The notes beneath the pieces were generated by a model, which saw only the letters and a list, made by a program, of their open reading frames with translations, had not been told where the DNA came from and did no database searches. 64,000 bases of DNA from Chitinophagales bacterium (GTDB taxonomy: Bacteria > Bacteroidota > Bacteroidia > Chitinophagales > BACL12). This document shows positions 1-11,609 of this stretch, in pieces. Positions within the stretch are counted from its first letter, which is position 1. Every line of letters starts with the position of its first letter. Both the position numbers and the translations under genes were made by a program. Where the stretch lies: positions 11,621 to 75,620 of the forward strand of contig JBGAWP010000007.1 in assembly GCA_044227505.1 (NCBI GenBank), in the 5' to 3' direction.

Positions 1-1322
1 CAGCCTGGGGCACTGCAATTGTAATGGAGGTAAAAACGGGAAAAATAAAAGCAATTGCAAATTTAACCCGCACCACAGTTGGTCAATATAAGGAGGATTA
101 TAATTATGCAATTTCTACACGCGTTGAACCGGGATCCACATGGAAGTTATTTTCTTTAATGTGTTTGTTGGAAGATGGATTATCTATTAATGATCATGTT
201 GACCTCAATCAGGGAACATTATTATTTGCCGACAGAACCATGCGCGACAGTGAACCGCATAACAGAAGAAATGTAACAGTGGAAACTGCATTTGCACTTT
301 CGTCCAATGTTGGTATATCAAGATTGGCGTATGAATATTATCAAAAAGATCCACAAAAATATGTTGATCATTTAATTCAATCAGGAATTACAGAAAAAAC
401 CGGAATTGAAATAAGTGGTGAACCAAAACCTTATTTTAAAAAGGATCCGAAGGATAAAGAATTATGGTATAAAACTACTATTCCATGGATGAGTGTTGGA
501 TATGAATTAACGGTTACGCCTTTGCAATTACTTACATTCTATAACGGAATTGCAAACGATGGTAAAATGATGAAACCTTATTTAGTACAGGAAACACAAC
601 AATTTGGTGCTACAGTAGAAAAATTTGAACCTATTGTGCTAAATGAAAAACTGTGTTCAAAAAGTACGGTGGAGCAATTACAACAATGTATGCTTGCAGT
701 AGTGGATAGCGGTACTGCAAGACATTTAAAAAATGATTATTATCAGTTTGCAGGAAAAACAGGAACTGCTCAATTATTGGAAAATGGCGTGTATGGGCAC
801 AATCACCTTGCAAGTTTTGCAGGTTATTTTCCCTATGATAATCCTAAATATTCCATAGTTGTTATCATAAGTGATCCTAATAGTCCGCTATATTATGGTG
901 GTTATGTTTCCGCACCAGTTTTCAGAGAAATTTCCGATAAGGTGTATTCCCATTTTATCAATATGCGCGATCCGGTAAATATGGCGGATACTTCATTTGT
1001 GGGTGTTACTGCCAGCGCAAAAGGAAATGCGTACGATTTCCGTCAGATATTAAAATGGCTGAATGTAAATGAAACATTTGATGATAATGAAGAGTGGGTC
1101 GCTATTAATACGAACGGAAAATCTTCCACACACGAATTAATTAAAACTTATCAATATACCATGCCCAATGTGAAAGGAATGGGTTTGCGCGATGCCATGT
1201 ATTTATTGGAATCCAACGGATTAAAAGTTGGAGTGAGTGGAAGTGGTAAAGTAATATCACAAAGTGTGGAAGCAGGCCAGGCAATTAATAAAGGAACCTT
1301 TGTAAGTATACAATTGAATTGA
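1..1322 (+). CDS. ftsI: Peptidoglycan D,D-transpeptidase FtsI (PBP3), C-terminal part; the 5' end lies upstream of the window
   Basis: Frame open to base 1. PBP motifs STWK (SxxK), SSN and KTGT are present, with a C-terminal PASTA-like segment. First gene in dcw order. Confidence 0.85.
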   Translation, partial: AWGTAIVMEVKTGKIKAIANLTRTTVGQYKEDYNYAISTRVEPGSTWKLFSLMCLLEDGLSINDHVDLNQGTLLFADRTMRDSEPHNRRNVTVETAFALSSNVGISRLAYEYYQKDPQKYVDHLIQSGITEKTGIEISGEPKPYFKKDPKDKELWYKTTIPWMSVGYELTVTPLQLLTFYNGIANDGKMMKPYLVQETQQFGATVEKFEPIVLNEKLCSKSTVEQLQQCMLAVVDSGTARHLKNDYYQFAGKTGTAQLLENGVYGHNHLASFAGYFPYDNPKYSIVVIISDPNSPLYYGGYVSAPVFREISDKVYSHFINMRDPVNMADTSFVGVTASAKGNAYDFRQILKWLNVNETFDDNEEWVAINTNGKSSTHELIKTYQYTMPNVKGMGLRDAMYLLESNGLKVGVSGSGKVISQSVEAGQAINKGTFVSIQLN

Positions 1323-2788
1323 AAAAATTAAACGAAATATTAAGTGTTATTAAATTCACTAATTCCGGTGAACGCGATCTGAACAAGATCGAAATTACCG
1401 GCATTACCGCTGATAGCAGAAATGTGCAGCCCGGATTTTTATTTGTTGCGGTAAAAGGAACTTCGGTGGATGGTCACGATTTTATTTCCAAAGCAATTGA
1501 ACTCGGTGCTGTTGCAATTATTGCAGAACATCCAATTACTAATGCAGAAGCAGAATTAATATTTGTTGTTGCGGATGCCGGAGAGGCACTCGGGAAAATT
1601 GCGCATAAATTTTACAATTCTCCCACCGAACATCTTAAGTTAGTAGGTATAACAGGTACTAATGGAAAAACCTCCGTTGCAACCTTGTGTTATAATTTAA
1701 TTAAGGATCTCGGATTCAAAGTTGGATTAATTTCAACCGTAGAAAATAAAATTCAGGATACCATAATTCCGTCCACACACACAACTCCCGATCCGGTACA
1801 ATTAAATAGTTTATTGTCGCAAATGGTGGAAGCGGGTTGCGATTATGTATTTATGGAAGTGAGTTCGCATGCGGCACATCAAAAGCGCATTGCTGGATTA
1901 AAGTTTGCCGGTGCTGCTTTTACTAACATCACACACGACCACTTAGATTATCACAAAACATTTGATAAATATATTGCAGCGAAGAAAATGTTTTTCGACG
2001 CACTGGATAAAAATGCTTTTGCTCTTGTAAATGCTGATGATAAAAATGCCGCTGTGATGGTGCAAAATTGCAAGGCGGTTAAATATACTTTTTCCGTAAA
2101 AGGTACAGCTGATTATACTGCGAGAATAAAAGAGAATGTTATTTCAGGATTGGTATTAAATATAGATGGAAGTGAATTTCATTCGCATTTATTAGGTGAA
2201 TTTAATGCATGGAATTTATTAACTGTGTATGCCATAGGTCGCCTTTTGGGATTTGATACAAATGAAGTGCTTTCCGCCCTAAGCAAACAAACTGCAGTGG
2301 AAGGAAGATTTGATGTGATCTATTCTTCTGCAGATTCTATTACCGGAGTAATTGATTATGCACATACTCCTGATGCAGTGGAAAAATTATTATCCACAGT
2401 GCGCTCCATGTTAAAAAATGAGCAGCAATTATTAACCGTTGTTGGTTGTGGTGGCGACCGCGATAAAACAAAAAGACCATTAATGGCGAAAGTTGCGGCA
2501 ACATTAAGTGATAAAATTATTCTCACTTCCGATAATCCGCGCAGCGAACAACCGGAAATAATTATTCAGGAAATGGAAGCAGGCATTGAAGGTGATCTGC
2601 GCAAAAAATCGCTTTCCATTTTAGATAGGAGAGAAGCTATTAAAACTGCAGTGATGCTCGCAAAACGCGGTGATGTTATATGTGTTGCAGGAAAAGGTCA
2701 TGAAAAATATCAGGAAATAAAAGGAATAAAATATCCCTTCGACGATAAAAAAGTGCTTTCGGAAACCTTTAAAACCCTTTCGAGATAA
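1319..2788 (+). CDS. murE: UDP-N-acetylmuramoyl-L-alanyl-D-glutamate--2,6-diaminopimelate ligase
   Basis: TTG start overlaps the ftsI stop by 4 nt. Mur ligase P-loop [10 protein letters not shown] and the DNPR motif (TSDNPRSE) are present. Confidence 0.95.
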   Translation: MKKLNEILSVIKFTNSGERDLNKIEITGITADSRNVQPGFLFVAVKGTSVDGHDFISKAIELGAVAIIAEHPITNAEAELIFVVADAGEALGKIAHKFYNSPTEHLKLVGITGTNGKTSVATLCYNLIKDLGFKVGLISTVENKIQDTIIPSTHTTPDPVQLNSLLSQMVEAGCDYVFMEVSSHAAHQKRIAGLKFAGAAFTNITHDHLDYHKTFDKYIAAKKMFFDALDKNAFALVNADDKNAAVMVQNCKAVKYTFSVKGTADYTARIKENVISGLVLNIDGSEFHSHLLGEFNAWNLLTVYAIGRLLGFDTNEVLSALSKQTAVEGRFDVIYSSADSITGVIDYAHTPDAVEKLLSTVRSMLKNEQQLLTVVGCGGDRDKTKRPLMAKVAATLSDKIILTSDNPRSEQPEIIIQEMEAGIEGDLRKKSLSILDRREAIKTAVMLAKRGDVICVAGKGHEKYQEIKGIKYPFDDKKVLSETFKTLSR

Positions 2789-4092
2789 TGTTATATTATT
2801 TATTTAATTGGTTGGATGAAAAATATGATTTTCCGGGTGCGGGGATGTTTCAGTATTTATCTTTTCGCGCAGGAATGGCCGTTTTATTATCCCTGATCAT
2901 TTCCATCATTATCGGAAAATGGATCATTAAATATTTGCAGAAACAGCAAATTGGAGAATCTGTACGCGACCTTGGGCTGGAAGGCCAGTTAAGTAAAAAA
3001 GGCACTCCAACAATGGGAGGACTTATCATTATCGCCGCCTTATTAATACCCGTATTATTATTGGCAGATCTTAAAAATATTTATGTCATCCTGATGTTGA
3101 TTGTTACCGTTTGGATGGGATTGATAGGATTTTTAGATGATTATATCAAAGTTTTCAAAAAAAATAAAGAAGGCCTTCGCGCTAAATTCAAATTAATGGG
3201 GCAAGTAGGATTGGGTACCATTGTGGGTTTGGTACTTTATTTTTCTGACGATATTAAATTGCGTGATTATGATCACATTTATGTGTATGAAGTGGAAAAT
3301 GGTCATGCAGTTGGACGTCCCATTGAAACCTATCCTTCCAATAGTGTTCGATTAGAAGGGGATGGCATTTTAGATAAAGACGGAACAAGGTTCTTAAGCC
3401 ACGATACACGTTCTACAAAATCAACCATTCCACTTGTAAAAAATAATGAATTTGATTATGAATGGTTGGTGAGTTGGGCAGATGATAGCACTAAGGTTTG
3501 GTTATTTCCCCTCGTCTTCATCATTATTATTATAATAATTATCACCGCAGTTTCCAATGGAGCAAATTTAACAGATGGTTTGGACGGTCTTGCAGCGGGA
3601 ACTTCCACAATAATTGTTTTAACACTAACCATTTTTGCTTATATCGCAGGTAACGCAATACTCAGCGATTATCTCAATATTATGTACATCCCGGAATCGG
3701 GTGAATTGGTAGTTTTCAGTGCTGCATTAATTGGTGCATGTGTTGGATTTTTATGGTATAACGCATTTCCCGCACAGGTATTTATGGGTGATACCGGTAG
3801 TTTAACTATCGGCGGAATTATAGCATCCCTCGCAATTGCAACCAGAAAAGAATTATTAATTCCTGTGTTATGCGGAATATTTCTGGTGGAAAATTTAAGT
3901 GTGATGATACAGGTATTTTATTTTAAATATACCAGGAGAAAATACGGCGAGGGGCGAAGGGTATTTTTAATGAGCCCTTTACATCATCATTATCAGAAAA
4001 AAGGAATGTTTGAAACAAAGATCGTAACACGTTTTTGGATCATCACAATATTATTGGCAATTATTTCCATAGTAACACTCAAGGTGAGATAA
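2788..4092 (+). CDS. mraY: Phospho-N-acetylmuramoyl-pentapeptide transferase
   Basis: ATG overlaps the murE stop by 1 nt. Polytopic protein with [10 protein letters not shown] and MGDTGSL motifs. It carries an extra ~85-aa hydrophilic loop (about aa 153-237) relative to ~360-aa MraY. Confidence 0.95.
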   Translation: MLYYLFNWLDEKYDFPGAGMFQYLSFRAGMAVLLSLIISIIIGKWIIKYLQKQQIGESVRDLGLEGQLSKKGTPTMGGLIIIAALLIPVLLLADLKNIYVILMLIVTVWMGLIGFLDDYIKVFKKNKEGLRAKFKLMGQVGLGTIVGLVLYFSDDIKLRDYDHIYVYEVENGHAVGRPIETYPSNSVRLEGDGILDKDGTRFLSHDTRSTKSTIPLVKNNEFDYEWLVSWADDSTKVWLFPLVFIIIIIIIITAVSNGANLTDGLDGLAAGTSTIIVLTLTIFAYIAGNAILSDYLNIMYIPESGELVVFSAALIGACVGFLWYNAFPAQVFMGDTGSLTIGGIIASLAIATRKELLIPVLCGIFLVENLSVMIQVFYFKYTRRKYGEGRRVFLMSPLHHHYQKKGMFETKIVTRFWIITILLAIISIVTLKVR

Positions 4093-5445
4093 ATGACGAA
4101 ACGCATTGTCATATTAGGTTCAGGCGAAAGCGGCACAGGTGCGGCGATACTTGCAAAACGCAAGGGATTCGACGTGTTCGTGAGTGACAAGGGTACGATT
4201 AAAACTATTTATAAGGATAAATTATTATCAGAAAATATTGAATTTGAAGAGGGAACACACTCGTACGAAAAAATATTTTCCGCTGATGAAATAATTAAAA
4301 GTCCGGGTATACAGGAGAAATACGAAGTGATGAAAAAAGTGCGCGAACACAATATTCCTGTTGTAGGTGAAATTGAATTTGCGTGGAGATATTGTTCCGG
4401 AAAAGTAATTGCAATAACCGGTAGTAATGGCAAATCAACATGCACGGCACTTACCTATCATTTATTGCAAAAAGCAGGAATGAATGTCGCCATGGGTGGA
4501 AATATCGGAAAAAGTTTTGCAGAACTCATTGCAAACGGCGATCATGAATATTATGTATTGGAGATCAGCAATTTTCAATTGGATGATGCTGTAACTTTTA
4601 AACCATTTATATCCGTTCTTTTAAATATAACACCTGATCATCTCGATAGTTATAATTATCAATTTGAAAATTATATCGCATCCAAATTTCGCATCATCAT
4701 GAATCAGGGTCACGGCGATTATTTTATTTATAACGCAGATGATCCTGTTATAGAACAAGAATTATTAAAACCAAATTATCATAAAACGATCACATCGCTA
4801 TCCGCATTTTCTTTTACCCTGAATGACCGTTCGGGTGAAGGAGGGTGGATTTCCGGTGACACTCTCAATATTCAACTCAACCAAAACAAATTCAACATGA
4901 CCATCAACGAATTAGCGCTACAAGGAAAACACAACCAATACAACTCTATGGCTGCTGCCATTACAGGGAAGGCTTTGGACATTAAGAACGAAACAATTCG
5001 CGAAAGTCTGATGGATTTTCAAGGATTGGAACATCGCCTCGAATTTGTTGCAAAAGTGCACGGCATTTCTTTTATCAACGACTCCAAAGCTACAAATGTG
5101 AACAGCACCTGGTTCGCACTGGAAAGTCAGAACAATCCTGTTATCTGGATCGTAGGTGGAATTGATAAAGGAAATGATTATTCTTTAATTACTGATCTGG
5201 TAAGAAAAAAAGTAAAGGCAATTGTTTGTCTCGGTGCCGATAACACAAAAATTCACGAAGCTTTCGGTAAACTGGTTGATATTTTAGTGAATACAGAAAG
5301 TATGAAAGATTGTGTGGAAATGGCATATCGTCTCGGAAATAATGGCGATGTGGTTTTATTATCTCCCGCATGTGCATCATTCGACCTGTTCGAAAATTTT
5401 GAAGACAGAGGTCGTCAATTTAAAGCAAGAGTGAAAGAATTATAA
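4093..5445 (+). CDS. murD: UDP-N-acetylmuramoylalanine--D-glutamate ligase
   Basis: Starts directly after the mraY stop. N-terminal GSGESGTG loop and ITGSNGKST P-loop. Confidence 0.95.
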   Translation: MTKRIVILGSGESGTGAAILAKRKGFDVFVSDKGTIKTIYKDKLLSENIEFEEGTHSYEKIFSADEIIKSPGIQEKYEVMKKVREHNIPVVGEIEFAWRYCSGKVIAITGSNGKSTCTALTYHLLQKAGMNVAMGGNIGKSFAELIANGDHEYYVLEISNFQLDDAVTFKPFISVLLNITPDHLDSYNYQFENYIASKFRIIMNQGHGDYFIYNADDPVIEQELLKPNYHKTITSLSAFSFTLNDRSGEGGWISGDTLNIQLNQNKFNMTINELALQGKHNQYNSMAAAITGKALDIKNETIRESLMDFQGLEHRLEFVAKVHGISFINDSKATNVNSTWFALESQNNPVIWIVGGIDKGNDYSLITDLVRKKVKAIVCLGADNTKIHEAFGKLVDILVNTESMKDCVEMAYRLGNNGDVVLLSPACASFDLFENFEDRGRQFKARVKEL

Positions 5446-5468
5446 ATTAAAATTACAACAAGCAATTC

Positions 5469-6665
5469 ATGAGCCAACCGGTAACATATATGTTAAGTAA
5501 AGTAAAAGGCGACCGCTATATCTGGTTGGTCGTTTTTGTGCTTTCCGTGTTCTCTATTCTTGCGGTATATAGTTCTACAGAAACCCTTGCTTATAAATCT
5601 GCCGGAGGTAATACAGAGTATTATCTTATTAAGCATACAACCATTTTAATATTTGGAATTTTTTTGATGTATTTAAGTCATTTAATTCCGTTTAAATATT
5701 ATAGTCGCATTGCTCAGATATTATTATGGTTGTCGGTACCCGCTTTGTTATATACCATGTTTCTTGCTCCGGAGGTGAATGATGCATCAAGATGGATAAC
5801 ATTGCCGGTAATTAATCTCACATTTCAAACCTCAGATCTTGCGCGTTTTGCATTGATCATGTATACTGCGAGGATATTATCTAAAACACAGGATAAAGTG
5901 GATTCGTTTAAAGAAGCTTTTGTTCCGGTTATATTACCTATCGCAATTATTTGTGCATTGATCTTACCGGAAAATTTATCTACGGCAAGTGTATTATTTT
6001 TTACATGCATCGTTTTAATGTTTGTTGGTCGCGTTAATTTTAAATATATCATGCTCACGATAGGAGCAGGAATTGTTTTACTGGGAATCGTTATTGGTTT
6101 ATCGTATTTATTGCCTGATGTAGGTCGGTTGGGAACCTGGAACACGCGTGTGGAAAGTTTTATAAATGGGGGAGATGGCGATGAGGAATTTCAGGTGGAA
6201 CAAGCAAAAATTGCGATTGCTCAAGGCGGAATTTTAGGAGTTGGTCCGGGAAATTCCACACAAAAAGATATTTTACCTTATCCCTATGCGGATTTTATTT
6301 TCGCGACGATAATTGAAGAGTACGGATTATTTGGCGCGGTTGTTTTTATTTTTTTATACCTCGTTTTATTATATCGCTGTATTAAAATAGTGATTAAAGC
6401 ACCGAGCAGTTTTGGTGCATTACTCGCTGTAGGATTGGGATTGTGTTTGACAATTCAGGCATTTGCAAACATGGCAGTAGCAGTGCACTTGGTGCCAACC
6501 ACAGGATTGACATTACCATTGGTAAGTATGGGTGGAACATCACTTTGGTTTACCAGTTTAAGTATAGGAATTATTTTAAGTGTAAGTCGCGAAATAGAAG
6601 TAAAAGAAGAAAAAGATTCGGCGAAGGCAGAGGAAGAAGAGGATGTTATTTTGGAAGAGGAATGA
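5469..6665 (+). CDS. ftsW: SEDS-family peptidoglycan glycosyltransferase FtsW
   Basis: Polytopic FtsW/RodA-like protein located between murD and murG, with an acidic C-terminal tail. Confidence 0.9.
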   Translation: MSQPVTYMLSKVKGDRYIWLVVFVLSVFSILAVYSSTETLAYKSAGGNTEYYLIKHTTILIFGIFLMYLSHLIPFKYYSRIAQILLWLSVPALLYTMFLAPEVNDASRWITLPVINLTFQTSDLARFALIMYTARILSKTQDKVDSFKEAFVPVILPIAIICALILPENLSTASVLFFTCIVLMFVGRVNFKYIMLTIGAGIVLLGIVIGLSYLLPDVGRLGTWNTRVESFINGGDGDEEFQVEQAKIAIAQGGILGVGPGNSTQKDILPYPYADFIFATIIEEYGLFGAVVFIFLYLVLLYRCIKIVIKAPSSFGALLAVGLGLCLTIQAFANMAVAVHLVPTTGLTLPLVSMGGTSLWFTSLSIGIILSVSREIEVKEEKDSAKAEEEEDVILEEE

Positions 6666-6789
6666 AATGTATTATATGGAATAGCAAGTAATTGTGTTGT
6701 CCTATGTCCTACGTCATATGTCCTACGTCCGACGTCATATGTCCTACGTCCTCAAAAATCCTTCGTGGCAAAAAAACGAACAATTTAAA

Positions 6790-7893
6790 ATGAAACAACC
6801 AATAAAAATATTAATCAGCGGCGGAGGAACAGGGGGACATATTTTTCCTGCGATTGCTATTGCCAACGAGATCAGGAGGAGAGAACCTGATGCTGATATT
6901 TTATTTGTTGGTGCGGAAAATAAAATGGAAATGGAAAAGGTTCCTAAAGCGGGTTATAAAATTAAAGGTTTATGGATAAGTGGATTTCAGCGCGGATTGG
7001 ATATGCGTAATTTAAGTTTTCCATTTAAATTGATTTCCAGTTATTTCAGATCAGGTGCCATTGTAAGAAAATTCAAACCTGATGTAGCAGTTGGTACCGG
7101 TGGATTTGCTAGTGGCCCTGCATTAAATGCTGCAATAAGAAATGGAGTGCCGGCTTTAATTCAGGAACAGAATTCTTTTCCCGGAATTACCAATAAAATT
7201 TTATCGCGTAAAGCAAAAAAGGTGTGTGTGGCTTATGATGGCATGGATAAATATTTTCCTGCAGAAAAAGTTGTAAAAACAGGAAATCCCGTTCGTCAAA
7301 GCATTATTTTATGCAATGTAAAACCTGAAAAGGCACGCAAGGATTTTGACCTCGATCTCGATTGTAAAATATTATTTGTGGTAGGCGGAAGTTTGGGATC
7401 AAGAACACTAAATAATTGTGTGAAAGCCGGTTTGGATAAATTGCGCGAAGCAAATATTCAGGTATTGTGGCAAACGGGTTCTCTATTATTCGATGAATGT
7501 AAATCCTCGGCCAAAGGATATGATAATGTGAAAGTATTTGATTTTATCACCAATATAGATCACGCTTATGCTGCTGCGGATGTAATTGTTTCAAGAGCAG
7601 GCGCAATAGCAATTTCTGAACTATGCCTTGTTGGAAAACCGGTCATTCTGGTTCCATTTCCCTTTGCCGCTGAAGATCATCAGACTAAAAATGCATTGGC
7701 TTTGGTAAATGGAAATGCAGCAGTGCATATCAGTGATAAGGCAGCGCAAAATGAATTAGTGACAGCAGCAATATCATTGCTGAATAATGATAGCAAAAGA
7801 AAAGAATTAGCCGACAATATTCAAAATTTCGCTATTCCGGATGCAGCGGAAAGAATAGTGGATGAGGTATTTAAATTGATCAGCAAAAATTAA
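6790..7893 (+). CDS. murG: UDP-N-acetylglucosamine--N-acetylmuramyl-(pentapeptide) pyrophosphoryl-undecaprenol GlcNAc transferase
   Basis: GGGTGGHIFPAIAIA G-loop and SRAGA segment. The ORF opens at 6694, but its first 32 codons translate a tandem repeat. ATG at 6790 gives the canonical N-terminus MKQPIKILISGGG. Confidence 0.93.
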   Translation: MKQPIKILISGGGTGGHIFPAIAIANEIRRREPDADILFVGAENKMEMEKVPKAGYKIKGLWISGFQRGLDMRNLSFPFKLISSYFRSGAIVRKFKPDVAVGTGGFASGPALNAAIRNGVPALIQEQNSFPGITNKILSRKAKKVCVAYDGMDKYFPAEKVVKTGNPVRQSIILCNVKPEKARKDFDLDLDCKILFVVGGSLGSRTLNNCVKAGLDKLREANIQVLWQTGSLLFDECKSSAKGYDNVKVFDFITNIDHAYAAADVIVSRAGAIAISELCLVGKPVILVPFPFAAEDHQTKNALALVNGNAAVHISDKAAQNELVTAAISLLNNDSKRKELADNIQNFAIPDAAERIVDEVFKLISKN

Positions 7894-7908
7894 TTATCGT
7901 TTATAAAA

Positions 7909-9255
7909 ATGCAATTGGATAAAATTAAAAATGTGTATTTTGTTGGTATCGGAGGCATCGGTATGAGCGCACTTGCACGTTATTTTAATTTGCAGGGTGC
8001 CCGGGTTTCCGGTTACGATCGCACGCCAACTGCATTAACCGACCAATTGCAAAAAGAAGGAATTAATATTCATTTTGAGGATACTATCGATCTTGTTGAT
8101 AAAAATGCAGAACTGGTGATCTATACACCGGCAATTCCTAAAAATCACAAGGAATTAAATTATATTATCTCCAATAACTACCCATTGTTTAAACGTTCGG
8201 AAGTGTTGGGAATGTTGAGTAAAGATAAATTTACCATAGCCGTGAGCGGTTCGCATGGAAAAACAACAGTGTCGGGAATGATCACCTGGATATTAAAAAA
8301 TTCGGGTTACGATTGCACTGCTTTTTTAGGGGGAATTTGTTCCAACTTCAATTCCAATTTCGTACATGGCGAAAATGATGTGATGGTTGCAGAAGCTGAT
8401 GAATACGACAGATCTTTCATGCGTTTGTTTCCGAATATTACCGTTGTAACAGCTGTAGATTCCGATCATTTGGAAATATATGGAACACAAGCGGAGGTAG
8501 AAAAAGCCTTTATCGAATTCGCCAACAAAACAGAAATAGGTGGGGAAATTATAATTAAAGCGAATTTACCAATCATACCATTTTTAGAACAACATACAAC
8601 GCAGTATGCGCTGGAAAATAAAACGGCAGACCTTTTTGTCTCAAATTATATGATCACCTTATCAGGAAGTGAGGTGGAATTAAGTAATGGTATTCGATAC
8701 ACACTTAAATATCCCGGAATACACAATATTGAAAATTCGGTAGCTGCAGTTGCAGTTGCTTTGCATCTTGGAATTTCACATGAAAATATTGCGGAATCAC
8801 TTAATACCTTTAAAGGAATTCACCGCAGATTTGAATTGATCGCATCAAATGATCATAGTGTTTATATTGATGACTATGCACATCATCCCGAAGAAATAAG
8901 AATGTTTTTACTGAGTGTGCGCGCTATTTATAAGGATAAGAAGATCACCGCAATTTTTCAACCGCATCTTTTTACCAGAACAAGAGATCTTGCTGATGGT
9001 TTTGCCGCAAGTTTGGATATTGCTGATGAGGTTATTTTGTTGCCTGTTTATCCCGCAAGAGAGGAACCAATTGCGGGAGTATCTGCGGATACTATACTGA
9101 GCAGAATAAAAAATCCGAAAAAATCAATTTTGAGTAAGGAAGAACTGCTGCTAAGAATCCGAGAAAAAGATTTTGAAATACTCTGTACCATTGGTGCAGG
9201 CGATATCGATAAATTAATAAAACCTATTGCTGACATCATAAACTCAAAATCATGA
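7909..9255 (+). CDS. murC: UDP-N-acetylmuramate--L-alanine ligase
   Basis: GIGGIGMSALA N-terminal loop and GSHGKTT P-loop. Confidence 0.95.
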   Translation: MQLDKIKNVYFVGIGGIGMSALARYFNLQGARVSGYDRTPTALTDQLQKEGINIHFEDTIDLVDKNAELVIYTPAIPKNHKELNYIISNNYPLFKRSEVLGMLSKDKFTIAVSGSHGKTTVSGMITWILKNSGYDCTAFLGGICSNFNSNFVHGENDVMVAEADEYDRSFMRLFPNITVVTAVDSDHLEIYGTQAEVEKAFIEFANKTEIGGEIIIKANLPIIPFLEQHTTQYALENKTADLFVSNYMITLSGSEVELSNGIRYTLKYPGIHNIENSVAAVAVALHLGISHENIAESLNTFKGIHRRFELIASNDHSVYIDDYAHHPEEIRMFLLSVRAIYKDKKITAIFQPHLFTRTRDLADGFAASLDIADEVILLPVYPAREEPIAGVSADTILSRIKNPKKSILSKEELLLRIREKDFEILCTIGAGDIDKLIKPIADIINSKS

Positions 9256-10040
9256 GCCTGAAAAAGAAAATATTTCGCGTTTTTGGTTTGTTGTTAATTC
9301 TTATCTGTGTTACCGGTTTGGTGATGTTGACCTCCTTTAATTCCAAAAAACAGGAAACAGTGGTGTGCGGAAAAGTAGATATTTTGATCGATCACGATAA
9401 GGATATCTATTTTTTAGATGAATCAGATATCAAATTGTTATTGATAAGATCTTTTGGAGATTCCGTTAAAGGGGATATGATCAAAAATATTGCTGTTGGC
9501 CGTATTGAAAAAGTGATTGAAAAAAATGATTTTGTGCAAGATGCGGAATGTTGGCTGGATGCAAATGGTGAATTACATATCAATATTGTACAGAAACAAC
9601 CACTTGCAAGAGTTATTAACAGCAGTGCTGTGAATTATTATATTACAGAAAAAGGAAATAAGATGCCTATCAGCGCTAAATTTACGAGTCGCGTTCCCGT
9701 AGTTACCGGAAACATTAAAGAAGGCACTTATAATTCCAACATGATAGAAACTCAGGTGCTCAAAAACGTACTCGAATTATCGCGTTTTATTCACGCAAAT
9801 ACTTTCTGGAATGCACAGATCGAACAGATCTTCGTCGCTGATAACGGCGAATTTATTTTAATTCCGAAATTGGGTGATCATAAAATTGAATTTGGTGGAA
9901 TTAACGATATGCAGGAAAAATTCAATAAACTCGAAATATTTTATAAAGAGGGATTGAATTATATGGGCTGGGACAAATATGAAACTATAAAGCTTGACTA
10001 TAAAGGTCAGGTTGTTTGTGATAAAAAAATGCAACTATGA
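9252..10040 (+). CDS. ftsQ: Cell division protein FtsQ (single TM plus POTRA-like domain)
   Basis: ATGA overlap with murC. N-terminal TM helix. Positioned between murC and ftsA. Confidence 0.8.
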   Translation: MSLKKKIFRVFGLLLILICVTGLVMLTSFNSKKQETVVCGKVDILIDHDKDIYFLDESDIKLLLIRSFGDSVKGDMIKNIAVGRIEKVIEKNDFVQDAECWLDANGELHINIVQKQPLARVINSSAVNYYITEKGNKMPISAKFTSRVPVVTGNIKEGTYNSNMIETQVLKNVLELSRFIHANTFWNAQIEQIFVADNGEFILIPKLGDHKIEFGGINDMQEKFNKLEIFYKEGLNYMGWDKYETIKLDYKGQVVCDKKMQL

Positions 10041-11446
10041 ACAACAGTAATCGAATTATTACAGGTCTCGATATAGGCACAACAAAAATTTGTGTTATTG
10101 TCGGACAAATGACAGATAACGGAAAGATCCAGATCCTGGGAATGGGAAAAGCGGATTCTTTTGGAGTAATGCGCGGTGTTGTTGCTAATATTGACAAAAC
10201 CGTAGAGGCAATTAAAATTGCTGTGCAGGAAGCACAAGAAAAAAGTGGCGTTGAAATTCACGATGTATATGTCGGAATTGCAGGTCAGCACATAAAAAGT
10301 TTGCAACATCGCGACATCTTCACACGCAACGATGCGGAAAATGAGATTTCCATGGATGATATCGATCAGATGGTGTTGAACATGCACAAACTTGTTCTGC
10401 CTCCCGGCGATCGTATCATTCACGTTTTACCACAGGAATTTATTGTAGATGGTGAACAGGGGATTAAAGACCCCATCGGCATGAGTGGAGTACGTCTAGA
10501 AGCGAATTTCCATATTATCACCGGACAAATTGCAGCTGCCAAAAATATTTTTAAATGCGTGGAAAAAGCAGGATTAAAAGTTATTGATCTCGTGCTTGAA
10601 CCATTGGCATCTTCAGAATCGGTTTTAAGTGAAGAAGAAAAAGAAGCAGGTGTTGCTTTAGTGGATATTGGTGGTGGAACAACAGATATCGCAATTTTTC
10701 AGGATGGAATTATAAGACATACTGCCGTTATTCCTTTGGGTGGAAATATTATCACTGAGGATATTAAGGAGGGTTGTATGATCATGAAGAACCAGGCGGA
10801 AATTTTAAAAATTAAATTTGGATCTGCTCTTGCAACAGAAACGGAGGATAACGAAATAATATCCATCACAGGATTGAAAGGACGTGAACCAAAAGAAATT
10901 AAAGTAGAAAATCTGGCAAGAATAATTCAGGCGAGAATGGAAGAAATTCTGGAACATGTATATTATGAAATTAAATTATCTGGCCATCATAAAAAATTAA
11001 TTGGCGGAATTGTGATCACAGGTGGTGGAGCACAATTAAAACATTTAGTACAACTGGCATCTTATATCACCGGAATGGATGCACGTGTCGGATATCCCAC
11101 TGAACATATTTCAAAATCTAAAGTGGAAGATATTCGTCACCCAATGTATGCCACTGCAGTTGGTTTAATACTAAAAGGTTGTGATGACAGAAATTTCAGA
11201 AATTTCGAACCGGCAACAGAAAATATTAATCCGAAGCAAGAAGTTAAGAATGTTGTTCCTGAAAATGTAATGAATAATGCAATGCAAAATAATTCGGTGG
11301 ATGTTGCAGTAGAAAATGAAATGCGTGAAGAAGAAAATGAAACCACCCAACAAGATCGAAAAAATGCAAAACCGGGTTGGCTGAAAAGTATGCTTTCGAA
11401 TACTAAGAAATGGTTCGAAGAAGATGACGTTTCGGACTTTAAATGA
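10037..11446 (+). CDS. ftsA: Cell division protein FtsA (actin-like ATPase)
   Basis: ATGA overlap with ftsQ. GLDIGTTKICV and DIGGGTTDIA phosphate-binding motifs. C-terminal amphipathic tail. Confidence 0.93.
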   Translation: MNNSNRIITGLDIGTTKICVIVGQMTDNGKIQILGMGKADSFGVMRGVVANIDKTVEAIKIAVQEAQEKSGVEIHDVYVGIAGQHIKSLQHRDIFTRNDAENEISMDDIDQMVLNMHKLVLPPGDRIIHVLPQEFIVDGEQGIKDPIGMSGVRLEANFHIITGQIAAAKNIFKCVEKAGLKVIDLVLEPLASSESVLSEEEKEAGVALVDIGGGTTDIAIFQDGIIRHTAVIPLGGNIITEDIKEGCMIMKNQAEILKIKFGSALATETEDNEIISITGLKGREPKEIKVENLARIIQARMEEILEHVYYEIKLSGHHKKLIGGIVITGGGAQLKHLVQLASYITGMDARVGYPTEHISKSKVEDIRHPMYATAVGLILKGCDDRNFRNFEPATENINPKQEVKNVVPENVMNNAMQNNSVDVAVENEMREEENETTQQDRKNAKPGWLKSMLSNTKKWFEEDDVSDFK

Positions 11447-11609
11447 TTTTGTAATTTGTTAATTGTCAATTTGATAATTGATAGACGCCAGGAAGATTGA
11501 ATTAACATTTATAAATTTTATATCACCATAAAGTAATAGAGAAAATGTAGAATTGAAATAAGAATATACAAAAAATCATATTGTTTTCCCTAACCCTTAA
11601 AAACAAAAT

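Noticed and set aside
6694-6789. Longer murG start at 6694
   Set aside because: The first 32 codons translate the GTCCTACGTC tandem repeat (MLSYVLRHMSYVRRHMSYVL). The canonical MurG N-terminus begins at 6790.
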